A stretch of DNA of 64,000 bases from Octopus sinensis (GCF_006345805.1 NC_043007.1:36270001-36334000), one strand, 5' to 3'; counted from the first letter of the stretch, positions 12,871 through 26,368 are shown. A program made the numbers and translations. The notes: a model not told the origin generated them from the letters alone.

Positions 12871-12970
12871 ATATATATATACACATATACATACACTATA
12901 TATGATATATATATTATATATATATATATATATTATTATATATATATATAGATATATATAGTATATATAT

Positions 12971-13034
<64 letters not shown>

Positions 13035-13035
13035 T
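12560..13035. repeat. (TA)n microsatellite field
   Basis: Seen directly. Confidence 0.95.
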
Positions 13036-13168
13036 CCCTGGCCGTTATAGAAACAAAAACAAATACACACGTGCTGCATATACAACGCCTTTTTATAGTT
13101 TTCCAAACAAAAGCTTGGAAGTGCTAAATACAACACACAAACACGCTATTACTAACAAACACGTGTGT

Positions 13169-13210
<42 letters not shown>

Positions 13211-13439
13211 TGTGTGTGTGTGTGTGTGTACGCGCGCGGGTGAAAGAAAGATAAACTGGGACTATATCCCACCACTACCCCCACGAACAGTGCGTGTGTA
13301 AAGCGAATGCACAGTGAAAAACATTGTACACGGTGTTAGTGTCTCCATCAGTAACACATCAACAAGTTTATATATATATGTGCGTGCGTGTGTGTGTTTG
13401 TGTTTTTGTGTTTGTGTGTGTGTGTGTGTGTGTGTACAG

Positions 13440-13579
13440 AGAAACCTTCTAAAATCGTCCATATCATCACAACTCGTCATTCTGTCACTGGCTCTGAGAA
13501 AACACCACCGCACTTTCAGAGTACATTTGGGGATCGAAGAACAAAAGAGAGACCTCCAACGCCTAATGTATGAGCTACG
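13440..13579 (+). CDS. Candidate internal exon (RNLLKSSISSQLVILSLALRKHHRTFRVHLGIEEQKRDLQRLMYELR)
   Basis: Island of complex sequence after (GT)n-acag, open frame with amphipathic-helix character, donor CG|GTAAAG. No homology recognised. Confidence 0.4.
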
Positions 13580-14013
13580 GTAAAGGTTTTTGATAACTGA
13601 ACAATGTCCTGCGATTTCTGTTGCCTCACAGAGAAGTTACTCATTATATGCTAGACTTCTGCAATTTTGAATATAAACTTTTAATTAATTTCGACTTGCC
13701 GACACACGCTCAGATTCTTGTTTGAGAATTTCCAAGAGGAGTCTCTGATACAGGCGATGTTTCACTACGCTTGCATCTGAAGTCATCACATTGCTTCCCA
13801 ACCAGCTGATGTATGTGGTCGAGCGAACGAACGAAGATACTTTTTGGTTATCTCACCCCCATTAAAAAATTGTCATTAAAAAATTGGGTTATCTCCCCAC
13901 TAAAATGTTGAATGTATGTGACGACAAGAGATTGGATTAAAAGAGTTTGATTGTTTTGATTCAATACTTCAACACATTGTTGACGTTTGGCCTCCTCAAT
14001 AGGCATGGTATTA

Positions 14014-14413
14014 TCTTTATATATATAAGTGAAGTTGTGTGCGTGTCTGTCTCCAACGATTTAGATTCCTAACTACTCCCACATTTTGCGGTGCAGTGTA
14101 ACCAAAAGCGGGTATCTTATAGTCGTGATTCATATCGAGCCCTTCTGGATACTAGCGCGCGTCTACGATGAGTCTACGATTTTAAAAATAATTTACCATA
14201 ATTTTTTACCATTTTAACGCATATTTTTTAAATAAAGGGAAGTAACTCTCTAAAAATGTCTACGATGAGTCAACGATTTAAAAAAAAATTTACCATCATT
14301 TTTTTTTTCCATTTTTAATGCATTTATTTGCTATTTTTTGGCTATAACTCTCTAAAAATGTTTATATAGTTATTTCCATTACAAACCCGAGCAACGCCGG
14401 GCGATACTGCTAG
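14014..14413 (+). mobile_element. Non-autonomous Helitron (short form)
   Basis: 5' TC, 3' hairpin cccgagcaacgccggg then CTAG, inserted between A and T with no TSD. Confidence 0.85.
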
Positions 14414-14546
14414 TTTATTATAAAAATATTGTTAGATTCAATAAGATGTTTAATTTTTTCAATTTTCATATTTATTAATCTTCGGTTTTGTATGATTTGT
14501 TATAAAAATATTATCAGATTCAATACGATGTTTTGAGTTTTCATGC

Positions 14547-14883
14547 TTACTCTTTACTCTTTTACTCTTTTACTTGTTTCAGTCATTTGACTGCGGCCAT
14601 GCTAGAGCACCGCCTTTAGTCTCTTTTGCCGAACCGCTAAGTTACGAGGACGTAAGGGGGGACAAACACAGACACACAAAACTACACACATACACACATA
14701 CATATATAAACATATATTCGACGAGCTTCTTTCAGTTTCCGTCAACCAAATCCACTCACAAGGCTTTGGTCGGCCCGAGGCTATAGTAGAAGACACTTCC
14801 CCAAGGTGCCACGCAGTGGGACTGAACACGGAACCATGTGGTTGGTAAGCAAGCTACTTACCACACAGCCACTCCTGCACCTA
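14547..14883 (-). mobile_element. SINE family A with internal deletions
   Basis: Reverse-complement match to the 1489 copy. Confidence 0.85.
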
Positions 14884-15401
14884 TATTTTTTCATTTTTTT
14901 AATTTTCATTTATTGAGGGTTAAACGATTTTTTTAATGGAGGTGAGATAACCAAAAAGTACCCGAACGAAATCCCAGTTCGAGTTTATGCAATCCTTGCT
15001 TATTTCACATAAATTAGTGTAAAACTCTACACACTTGTAGCAGGAAGTTGTAATACTTTCATATTTTTTCTAACGCAACATAAATCTAAACTGTGTGTGT
15101 ATATCATTATTCAGTTTTATTTCAAAATTTCTTGTCAATAGAGAAACAACCCACTTCTAACCTAGATCCAAAGCTCCTTTAATGGAATTTCTACAACATC
15201 AACAGGCATGTGTTCCCACAGGGACCTCAAATGGAGAATCTCTGAGATATTTTACAAAATTTCCGTATTCTTTTGATCGATTGTATCTGCAGAATGCGAA
15301 TCAGTTTGGTCTGTTCTCTCTTCTAACCATTATTTAGTCTCTACGCAGATCAGCTGTTACGTCCGTATGTATATATGCATGTATGCCTGTATACGTATCG
15401 T

Positions 15402-15548
15402 TCTATAGTTAAGAGATGAGGAATTATGTACATTATTTATGTTAGTTACATTTGACGGATATTTGTCCTCATCTTGTTTGTTGTTAACACAACGTTTCGG
15501 CTGATATACCCTCCAGCCTTCATCAGGTGTCATCGAGAAATTTCGAAC
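15402..15548 (-). mobile_element. Penelope-like element pLTR fragment
   Basis: Carries the minimal hammerhead motif typical of PLE repeats; family inferred from that motif. Confidence 0.5.
15486..15531 (-). ncRNA. Minimal type I hammerhead ribozyme motif (Penelope-like element)
   Basis: Minus strand: GACAC CUGAUGA A GGCUG-loop-CAGCC GAAAC GUU GUGUU. Stems I and II pair; stem III is the palindrome AACGUU. Confidence 0.7.
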
Positions 15549-15757
15549 CTGGATGGCGTAAAAAGATACCTTGATGAATTCTTTGCCATGAAACCACCTC
15601 AATTCTGGGAAGAGGGTATTTTCAAGTTAAAGGAAAGATGGAGACGCATTGTCCAACAAAATGGTTCATATTTGGTTGATTAAAATTGTAATGGCAAGTC
15701 TTTATTGACCTTTTCTTTCCTTTAAAAATCGGCACGAACTTTCCGGACAACCCAATA
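15549..15757 (+). mobile_element. Mariner 3' fragment (transposase C-terminus and TIR)
   Basis: LDGVKRYLDEFFAMKPPQFWEEGIFKLKERWRRIVQQNGSYLVD*, then gcacgaactttccggacaacccaata. Confidence 0.85.
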
Positions 15758-15846
15758 CTTTATTATTGGCTGCTGATTGTATAGAGTACATGCGTTATAT
15801 TATTCGGTGGCGAGTGTATAGAGTGCTCGTTAGTGATTGTACAGGG

Positions 15847-16291
15847 CAGAGGTTCCCAGCTATCGGTACCGGTCCGTGGATCACATTCTACCGGGCTGCA
15901 AAGAAATAAGCGGTATTTTCTGCAGTAGTAATAACCAAAACAAAGTTACGAAATAGACTAGACATAAGGAACCCACTTCGAGGGTCATTGTCTCCCATCA
16001 CACCCAGATGGGCCGTCTCGTTGCAGGGAAACTAGCTCAAGGCTTCCACTGATTCTACATTATGGAGAGTTGATATTGATGTGATAATAGTATAATAGGT
16101 ATTGATTCAGGGAAACTAAGCTCGCAAGTGAGTGGCCAGGCTGGAGCCCAGAAATGAGAGTCAAAAGATTATACATTTGCTTTCTTTATGGAATTGCACT
16201 TAAATTACACATATGTGCCACTACAGGTCCGCGGAAAGATATTGTCCGGCATGAAACCAGTCCGTGGTATAAGAATGGCCTGAGATCACTG
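15847..16291 (+). mobile_element. hAT-Charlie non-autonomous element (MER1/Charlie3-like)
   Basis: CAG...CTG ends, 8-bp TSD gtacaggg/gtataggg, internal relic TKTKLRNRLDIRNPLRGSLSPITPRW.RLVAGKLAQGFH*. Confidence 0.8.
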
Positions 16292-16314
16292 GTATAGGGT
16301 ACATGTAGCATTAT

Positions 16315-16546
16315 ATTTCTTTACTACCCACAAGGGGCTAAACACAGAGGGGACAAACAAGGACAGACAAACGGATTAAATCGATTATATCGACCCCAGT
16401 GCGTAACTGGTACTTAATTTATCGACCCCGAAAGGATGAAAGGCAAAGTCGACCTCGGCGGAATTTGAACTCAGAACGTAACGGCAGACGAAATACGGCT
16501 ACGCATTTCGCCCGGCGTGCTAACGTTTCTGCCAGCTCGCCCCCTT
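16315..16546 (-). mobile_element. SINE family B monomer
   Basis: 22-bp TSD tatagggtac(a/c)tgtagcattat at 16293-16314 and 16546-16567. Confidence 0.9.
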
Positions 16547-16872
16547 ATAGGGTACCTGTAGCATTATTATTGAGTGGTGATCATATGGAGTAGGTATTGT
16601 ATGCTACGTTCAGGAAGTGTGTTGTATGAATTGTCCCATTGAATTAAAATTGTATTGTGCAGGATGTGAAAGTAAGGCTGTTTTTTAAAACTATGTGCGG
16701 AGTTTCGAAACCTGGAATTGTTTTGTTGCATTTTTTTTTAATTCTTCATTTTTTTTGTTCATATTTTTGCTGAAGTTCCTCACTAAACTGTTATTTAAAT
16801 TCGGGATGTTTAGATTTGTATGTGTCCTGTTTTTCATGGTAAATAAATTTTTGCCAATTCCCTCAACGACAG

Positions 16873-16892
16873 TTAACCCCGAAGAAGACATT
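16873..16892 (+). CDS. Candidate 20-nt micro-exon
   Basis: tttttgccaattccctcaacgacag|TTAACCCCGAAGAAGACATT|gtaagg. Open in phase 0 and 1, stop in phase 2. Confidence 0.25.
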
Positions 16893-17334
16893 GTAAGGGA
16901 GAAAAAGAAAGAAAGAGACAGAGCTGCAGGGGAGGAGAGAGTGAAAGAGAGAGAGAGACAGCGACAGAAAGAGAGAGATACAGTCAGACAAACAGACAGA
17001 CAGACAGAGAAAACCCATCAACTATCTCCATATTAATAATATTACTACTGTTAATGTTCAGTTTGAACTTCTGGGATGTCAGTTGGTTGAGGAAAGTGAA
17101 GGCGGACCGGGTGGTGATGGGATGGGAGCCGAGGTGGCGGTATGTGTATGGATAGGGAGGGGGGTATATAATCAGTGAGATATTTCCAGAAGGATACTGT
17201 TCTGGTAGACGAAAACAGACGATGGGAAGGACGGAGAGATGAGGGTGGGTGGTGTAAAGAAACGGAGGAAAGTGCCAAGTTCAGGTATAAGCACGTCTTA
17301 CAACAGCGAGACAAGTTATAAAGTAGGAAGCGAC

Positions 17335-17545
17335 GAAAGAAAGAAAGAAAGAAAGAAAGAAGGAAAGAAAGAAGGAAAGAAAGAAAGAAAGAGCGAGAGA
17401 GAGAGAGAAAGAAAAGAAAGAAAGAAAAAGAGAGAGAGAGAAAGAAAGAAAGAGAAAGGAAGAAAGAAAGAAAGAAAGAGAGAGAAAGCATTAGGGGAAG
17501 GAAAAGGAGAAAGAGGGGGAGGAGGGGGAGGAAGAAGAGAGTGGT
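17335..17545. repeat. (GAAA)n/(GA)n purine tract
   Basis: Seen directly. Confidence 0.9.
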
Positions 17546-17979
17546 GGTGAAGGAGGGGGCTGATTAGGTGAGTGGGGGTTTTCTTTTTGGGAACTGACAA
17601 ATTCCTATGCTTCGGCAAGCCTGTCCGTCCGTCCGTCCGTCCGTCTTATGGAACAGAGTTTGTAAAAGCGTAAAGAAAGAGGAGAGAGCAATGATGCATG
17701 ACATGGCAACCGTCATTCGTCGGTGAGGGGACATTTAAGAAGTTTCTCGTTTATTATTCTTATTTATTATTTTCTGGTTTTAATTAGTGGACTTCGGCCA
17801 CGGCCTTGGTTACTATCCTCGAGGGTTTTTAGTCGATGACGGGCCAAACTCATTATTTCGTTATTTGTTTAGTTCTGATAGTGATTTATTGGTATTTTTC
17901 TATTTGTAGAATTTACTGGGTTACAGTATATAAAATGTCAAAACAAAACAAAACAAAACAAAACAACGATGTAAACAAC

Positions 17980-18147
17980 GCACGCGCACACACACACACC
18001 TACATCCGCACACCCGAACACACACACACACATCTACACGCGCACATACACACACACACATTTACACCCGCACATACACGCACACACACACACACACATC
18101 TATACCCGCACACCCGAACACACACACATCTATACCCGCACACCCGA

Positions 18148-18178
<31 letters not shown>

Positions 18179-18640
18179 AACACCACACATACATATACAC
18201 CCACAACTGGATATATGTCTGTACGAGTACATATGCTTATATGTATGTAAAACATAAGGATATATGTGTGTGTGTGTGTGTGTGTGTGTTGTGTGTGTAC
18301 GTGTGTGTATGTGTGTGTGTGCATGCGTGCGTGTGTGTATGTGTGTGTGTGTACGTGTGTGTATGTGTGTGTGTGTGTATATGTGTGTGTTTGTGCGTGC
18401 GTGCGTGTGTGTATGTGTGTATGTGTGTGTACGTGTGTGTATGTGTGTGTGTGTGTGTATGTGTGTATTAAAAGAAGACGGCCACCCACATTGAATGAAA
18501 GAAGATGCCGAAGTGAAGTGGCCACCGTTAAAGTCCATCAGTTAAAACTTAAACTGTCTGGAGAAAAGTCAATGAAAGATGGCGACACTCAATATTAATG
18601 GGCTTCGGCTTTAACGTCTGCGTTTACACATCACACACAC

Positions 18641-18693
<53 letters not shown>

Positions 18694-18886
18694 TACACAC
18701 ACACATATATATATGTATTAAAATCAAAATAAGCAACAAGGATATATCCTTGTTGCTTATTTTGATTTTAATTATCTTACTTTGAAATTGTATGGGATAA
18801 TACCGTACTAAATTCTGGTGCCTCAACTTAAGTACCATATCCATCTGAATCTAAGTATATATGTATATATTATATAAATATATATA

Positions 18887-18962
<76 letters not shown>

Positions 18963-19033
18963 TAATATATATATACAATACATCTATATATATATAAATA
19001 AATATATATTATATATATATATATATATACATA

Positions 19034-19109
<76 letters not shown>

Positions 19110-19304
19110 AATAAAATAGAACATATGCATATATATAAACATATATGTACGTACCTACCTCTACATGTACATATACACGCATATATGTGTACAGGACACC
19201 AAAAAGACGTCGAACACATGAGAGACGAAACACATAGACACAAACCAAGGAACAAGACAAGCAAAAAAAAGAGAGATACAGGACAATAAGCACAACGAAA
19301 AATC

Positions 19305-19398
<94 letters not shown>

Positions 19399-19400
19399 GT
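17980..19400. repeat. (CA)n, (TG)n and (TA)n fields with short spacers
   Basis: Seen directly. Confidence 0.9.
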
Positions 19401-19764
19401 ACAGGAGGTCAAAAAACGTGGACGAAATGAAAAACGAGAACATAAAAAACAAAATCATAGAAAACGAACTTTTGTTTTCAAACAACGAAAGGAACAAATA
19501 GAGAAACAGGACAGGCAACGTAAAGAACAATCCCTTCATCAGTTGTCCATTGTTTTATCTACTCCGCGTCAACGTTTCTCAATAGTTCAGCATTGGTGTT
19601 CTCTTTTGTATGTATGCATGCATCATATGTATGTATGTTTTAGGTGTTAGTGGGTTTTAGGTAATAGACGAACAGACATAGAAATAGATAGATGATATAA
19701 ACAGATATATGTAGACAGATTGATAATAAGATATATAGATACATAGAGTAAAGATTCATTAATT

Positions 19765-19811
<47 letters not shown>

Positions 19812-19813
<2 letters not shown>

Positions 19814-19975
19814 GTGTAGGAGTGGCAGTGTGGTAAGTAGCTTGCTTACCAACCACATGGTTCCGGGTTCAGTCCCACTGCGTTGCACCTTGGGCAAGTG
19901 TCTTATACTATAGACTCGAGCCGACCAAAGCCTTGTGAGTGGATTTGGCAGATGGAAACTGAAAGAATCCCGTCG

Positions 19976-20008
<33 letters not shown>

Positions 20009-20213
20009 TATATATTTATGTGTGTGTGTTTTTGTATATGTTTGTGTGTCTGTGTTTGTCCCCGCCCCAAAACATCGCTTGACAATCGATGCTGGTGTGT
20101 TTACGTCCCGTAACTTAGGGACCGATAGAATAAGTACTGGGGTCGATTTGCTCGACTAAAGGCGGTGCTCCAGCATGGCCGCAGTCAAATGACTGAAACA
20201 AGTAAAAGAGAAA
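19812..20213 (+). mobile_element. SINE family A
   Basis: Match to the 1489 copy with internal deletions. Confidence 0.85.
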
Positions 20214-20231
20214 GATATATATATATAATAT

Positions 20232-20274
20232 TATATAGATAGATAGATAGATAGATAAGATAAATAGATATAAG

Positions 20275-20308
<34 letters not shown>

Positions 20309-20314
20309 TCGATA

Positions 20315-20349
<35 letters not shown>

Positions 20350-20702
20350 TATAGATAGATAGATAGATATATAGATAGATATTATATAGATTAGATAGAT
20401 GATAGATAGAAGATAGATAGATAATAGATATGATAAATAGATAGATTATAGATAGATAGATATAGATCAATAATAGATTAGATAGATAGAATAGATAGAT
20501 AGATGATATAGATAAATAGATAATATATGATAGAAGATAGATAGATATAGAAAATAGATAGATAGATAGATAGATAGATATAGATAAATAGATAATAGAT
20601 AGATATTAGATAATAGATGAAGTAAAGATATAGATAGATAGATAGATAGATATAGATAAATAGATAGATAGATATAAGATAGATAGATATAGATAAATAG
20701 AT

Positions 20703-20758
<56 letters not shown>

Positions 20759-20836
20759 TAGATAATAGATAGATATAGATAGATAGATATAGATAGATAG
20801 ATAGTAGATAATAGATAGATATAGATAAATAGCTAG

Positions 20837-20872
<36 letters not shown>

Positions 20873-20896
20873 AGATAGATAGATAGATATAAATAA

Positions 20897-20927
<31 letters not shown>

Positions 20928-20933
20928 TTATAA

Positions 20934-20968
<35 letters not shown>

Positions 20969-21006
20969 TATAGATAGATATAGATAAATAGATAAATAGA
21001 TAGATA

Positions 21007-21049
<43 letters not shown>

Positions 21050-21136
21050 TAGATAAATAGATGATAGATAGATGATAGATAGATAGATAGATTAGATAAA
21101 TAGATAGATAGTTAGATAATAGATATATATATAGAT

Positions 21137-21193
<57 letters not shown>

Positions 21194-21258
21194 GATAGAT
21201 ATAGATAAATAGATAGATAGATAGATATATAGATAGATAGATATGGATAAATAGATAA

Positions 21259-21329
<71 letters not shown>

Positions 21330-21330
21330 T
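20232..21330. repeat. ~1.1-kb degenerate (GATA)n tract
   Basis: Seen directly. Confidence 0.95.
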
Positions 21331-21782
21331 GAATGAATTATGTTTGTGCTTGCATTTGTATATTATGTGTTTGTGTGTGTGTGCGTTAGGGTGTAGGCGA
21401 GTGGGGAGACGTGTAGGTGTATGTGCAAGGTGGTAGCAGTTTTATATAGGGCTTAATAGAATGTGTATATATGCGCATGCGTATGTGCGGGTGTGCATAT
21501 GAATGTGTATTATGTTTGGGCGTGTGCGTGTGTGTATGAATGCGTGTGACTGTGTATGCGTGTGCATATATGTGAGCGTTTGCTTCTCTGTGTGCGTGAT
21601 TTGTTTGTGCATGCATTCAAAAGCCTGTATTTTTCAGTGCGTATGTGTGCGCGGAGGGTAATGATGTGGGGTGAGGTGAAATTGTGTAGTATGTGTATGA
21701 GAGTCGTAGATGTATGTGCGAGTGCGCAAGCAGACACATACACACACACTCACATACATACATACATACATACATACATACA

Positions 21783-21813
<31 letters not shown>

Positions 21814-22508
21814 GTAGCAGACTCTATACGGACGTAGTAGATAACAGCTAGCCTTCGGCCGCTTGGACCCTATCGTGTTCACTACTCTGATTGGTTGGTA
21901 TTGGCGCAATTTGTTTCTTGCTCTGTTACACGCCAATATGCAACCCATTCATCGTCACCTCTCCTTCGCACGGTATTCTATACATACATACAGTCACGTA
22001 CACATAATGGATTCTCCCTTCGATTTCAACGTAGGAAGTCCTAACAGTTGTTTTTCCGGTTTTTCTTTTAATATTATTTTAGTTCTGATGTCTTAATCAT
22101 GAGACTTAATCCAGCCAACGACTTACAGAAAAGACCACAGCTTGGACATGAGAAAGCATTATTAAACAAAACGACTGGCCTATTAGTTCAAGGTGTTGTC
22201 TTCGCTCTCAGATTGTTTCTAGGTGATTCAGACGGCGTAATCCTTGGTATTTTAATGGTTTATAGCAAGTTAACCAATGTAACTAGAGAGGCTCGAAATT
22301 TTTTACCCACGAGAGTTCCGGACCCCAATATGTAATATATATATATATATATATATATATATCTATATATATATTATATATATATATATTTATATGCAAT
22401 ATATACATACGCACGCATTTGTACCTACATCTATACATACATACATGCATACATATCTATCTATCTATCTATCTATCTATCTTCTATCTATCTATCTATC
22501 TATCCCCC

Positions 22509-22540
<32 letters not shown>

Positions 22541-23264
22541 TATATATATATATGTATATATATGCATATGTGGGCACGGGACGTCATGAAACGAGTACAA
22601 CAAAAAAAATACGAAGTACGATGACATGGAATATGAACTATTTTTGCGAACAACGAAAGACACAAATGGAAAACAAGACAAACAACATATAGAACGACCG
22701 TTCATCAGTTGCTGGCTGTTTTTCTACTCTCGTATTTCGAGCATTTAGCAACAATATACGTTTTCGATAAAACAGTTGCTGCCGCAAAGCAAATTAGGTA
22801 AGTAATGGGATTTTGCAGAGTGTCAAAATTGGTAGCACAAACAGGACAGTGAAAACAAACAGAAAGGGCGCTGTTAGCCTAAGCGAGGTTGTGGTGGCGA
22901 AGTGTAAATGAAGCTCGGACAGGAGACAGACAAGAACACGTCTTCCTTGTTTCAGCTACTATGTAGAAAAAGAAACACAAGTTAGAAGAAAGATGGCCGA
23001 TGGATACGTGAGATCCACGTGAGCAAGGGAGGAGGAGTGAGGTAGAGAGAGTGACAGAGTAATAGGATAGAATAGTGGGAGAAGAGGAGGTGAAAGAATA
23101 AGAGAGAGAAAGAGAGAAAAACGAAAGAATAAAAGATTGTATTGAGTACGCATCAGAATTATTAAGATAAATCTTACATGGAAGAGGATGCGTGGCATTC
23201 AATCATATAATAATATAAATAATATATATTATATATATATATATTATATATATATAATATATAT

Positions 23265-23428
23265 ACGACGTGCTCCTTTCAGTTTCTGTCAACCAAATCC
23301 ACTCACAAGGCTTTCGTCAGCCCAAGGCTATAGTAGAAGACACTTACCCAAGGAGCCATACAGTGACACTAAGCCAGAAACCATGTGGTAGGTAAGCAAG
23401 CTACTTACCGCGCAGCCACTCCTGCGCC
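23265..23428 (-). mobile_element. SINE family A, 5' half
   Basis: Reverse-complement match to the family A head. Confidence 0.8.
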
Positions 23429-24019
23429 ATGTATATGTATGTATATAGTATGTATGTATGTATGTATGTATGTATGTTTAGATATATATGTATAGATATG
23501 TATGTATAATTTTCACAGGGTGTATAAGACGTGCACACGTGGGAAACGATTTATTAAATCTAACAATAAAGCTTTCACTTGATTATTTTCACTTTTCCTT
23601 CATATTTCAAAAATGTCAAGCAAAAGGATTAACAGCCTCCCAACAAAATGACGCCTCGAGTGACTTCCCGTCTACCGATACCTTGAGCCTACCCTTTGTA
23701 GACCAGGCAGATAACCCATAGCTCTCTTTCCCTCCCCACTCTTTCATTCTCTCTCTCTCTCTTTCGCTGTCTCTCTCCCCTCTTTATCTATCTATCTATC
23801 TATCACTTTTCTGGGGAAGTGTGATTCCTCTGCATATGGTATGCATTAAACCTATTTCGATATTGTATATCTAGTGATATCCCGAGTGTATATTCTCTAA
23901 CTATACCATATTTCTGTATCTATACAATAATCTAGTTTGTCAGCATTACGTACGGGGCCTTTTAAAAAAAAATACAAGGTGGATATATTTTTTCATTCTC
24001 TCCTATTAAAAAATAACTG

Positions 24020-24365
24020 CTCTCTCTCTCTCTCCTCTCACTCACTCTTTCCCTCTCTATCTCTCCCCTCTCTCTCACTCTCTTTCTTTCTCTCCTCTTT
24101 CTCTACATTCGTTGTTTCGTAGTTGATTTGTCCATTACATTGTGCGGTCTTAGTGGACTCTCCGAAAACTCACTCTGCTCCCCTCTCTCTTTCTCTTTCT
24201 TTCTCTCTCTCTCTTTCTCTTTCTCTCTCTCCTCTCTTTCTCTTTCTTTCTCTCTCTCATTCTCTTTCTTATTCTCTCTCATTCTCTCTCTCACACTTTC
24301 TCTCACTTTCTCTCTCTTTCACACATACACTTCTCTCCCTGTCTTCCTTTCCCTCTCCTCCTTTC
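24020..24365. repeat. (CT)n pyrimidine tract
   Basis: Seen directly. Confidence 0.9.
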
Positions 24366-25409
24366 CCAAAGACTCAGCATTTCTTCCTTTCGTTATTGTG
24401 TTAGTGTTTATTTGTTTGGACCAGTCATGAGTAAACTGCAGCCCGCTGGGCTTTCTGAATGACACGCCTAACGAAATTCTTCACCCATTCCCTTCCGGTC
24501 ATTTCAATATGTGACCGCGTATGTATCGTTGGCGATTTTCTTGAGCGTCCAATAACACTATACTTGTTCCACGTTCCTCACGTTGTTGTGTTTTCTCTTT
24601 GTGTTTTCATGTTTGGATTAACGAAATAACTATCTTGAATGTTTTTAGTAGTACAATCCGCCTCATAATGAACAATCTCTCATGCGGCCCGCTTCTCGAA
24701 ATAGGTTGTCCGTGCCTAGTTTGGGAACGTACCACCTCCAAAAGGCCATTGGTGTAGCACCAGTGAAGTTAGACGGGCGATGATATTGTTTCTGTGTGGC
24801 TAATGTTTTACTGTTTCTTTTAGTTATCAGGGTTTAAATTGGTGCACATCGTGTGTTTACTGGTGAAACGTTTATCAAGAATGGTAAATCTGGGAGGGTT
24901 TTTGACCACACTCTTTAAATCTAACGAAACGTAGCTTCCAGCAGACAAAGCACCAACTGCTGTCTTAACCTATCTAGTAACTCCTCTTGTTTGTAACCAA
25001 CACAGCGGCACATCTAGTCAACAAGGGAACGTCTAAATTAACAATAAGCAAACCCTCGTTCTCATTAAATAATGAAATTATCTACAACAAAATTTTCTAA
25101 TAATCCATTGAGAGAGAGAGAGAGAGACTTTATGTCTCAAGAACAAAGTAGGTATTTATTTTTTAGATAACTTTGAATTTGTAAATTTAAAGATTTATCT
25201 ATAAATAGAATTGATGCAAACACATCAAAGGAAAAAAATCTACGGTAATTCGGAGCTCAGCTAATAACAGCTCGTTTAACTACCAACACGTAATTACATT
25301 GCAGTCGATCGAAATGGGATGTGGACAAAAACTATGTTTATGAGCAACATTTATAAGTAGAAACGCATAAATTTCACACACAGTTCATATTTCAATTGTC
25401 CCAACAGCT

Positions 25410-25509
25410 NNNNNNNNNNNNNNNNNNNNNNNNNNNNNNNNNNNNNNNNNNNNNNNNNNNNNNNNNNNNNNNNNNNNNNNNNNNNNNNNNNNNNNNNNNN
25501 NNNNNNNNN
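25410..25509. other. Assembly gap (100 N)
   Basis: Run of n. Confidence 1.
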
Positions 25510-25878
25510 TTTACTCTCTTCCAAGAACATTTTCACTCACACTTATGTGTTAGCTTCCCATACATTTTACTCATGTATCTATCAGCGTGATAGAGAGAAC
25601 AAATATTACATCTAGTTTCACTTTATTCGTTGCCCACTGTGTGTGTGCGTTTGCGTGTGGTGTAAACCAGACTAAGAAAAGCATTTGACACACACACCAG
25701 AATGTGAGTTTTCTGTAAATTTTGCTTAATTGGAGTTTAATTTAAAACTGGACCTGGCATGACGCGACGCGTTGTACTCTTAAAAATGCTAGGTAAATTG
25801 TAATTGAAGAAATCCTATATTGTAGATTTGTATAACTCCCAAAGGGAGGCAGATAAAATCTGCCTTTTATAATAAGAT
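25510..25878 (-). mobile_element. Second Helitron-like family, truncated by the gap
   Basis: Reverse complement of 45335-45700 and 47757-48150. Starts tcttattataaaa with a perfect hairpin GGCAGAT-ttt-ATCTGCC and sits in (TA)n. No 3' CTRR end identified. Confidence 0.5.
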
Positions 25879-26368
25879 ATATATATATATATATATATAA
25901 ATGTATGTGTATGTATATATGTATGTGTATGTATATATGTATGTACATACACCTGCTCCAAATTCCACACAGTGGGATTGAACCCACAATCATGTGATTG
26001 GGAAACAAACTTCTTACCACACAGCCACACCTGTGTCTACAACAATACCTGCACATAACGTAATTTAAGGAAGATTTAGATGTTCCCATATTGTGGTTGG
26101 TGATGGTGGTGGGGGTGGTAGGTGATAGTGGTGGGGGTGGCAGGTTATAATGGTAAGTTTTAGTGGTATAGGGAGAAGATAGGAATAATGGTAAGGTGCT
26201 GAGGGAAGGTGGAGGTATTTAGAGGGTACAGGGCTACAGGGGAGAAAGGGATGGGTAGGGGATGAGGAAGTTCTTTCTGTTCACTTCTATTCATTCCTAA
26301 GTCATTAGCAATGTGTGTGTGTGTGTGTGTGTGTGTGAGTGAGTGTATGTGTATGTGTGTGTGTGTAC

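Larger units (their letters stand above)
13836..14962. mobile_element. MITE with ~34-bp TIRs and 8-bp TSD (Merlin-like), containing a nested Helitron and SINE
   Basis: TIR g(a/g)tactttttggttatctcacc(c/t)ccattaaaaaa; TSD cgaacgaa at 13828-13835 and 14963-14970. Confidence 0.8.

Noticed and set aside
17190-17284. Candidate exon KDTVLVDENRRWEGRRDEGGWCKE
   Set aside because: Short pyrimidine tract, weak donor, and purine-rich low-complexity surroundings.
19530-19580. Hammerhead-like cores here and at 22700-22745
   Set aside because: CUGAUGA is not followed by a stem II and GAAA, and the permuted arrangement lacks a pairing stem I.
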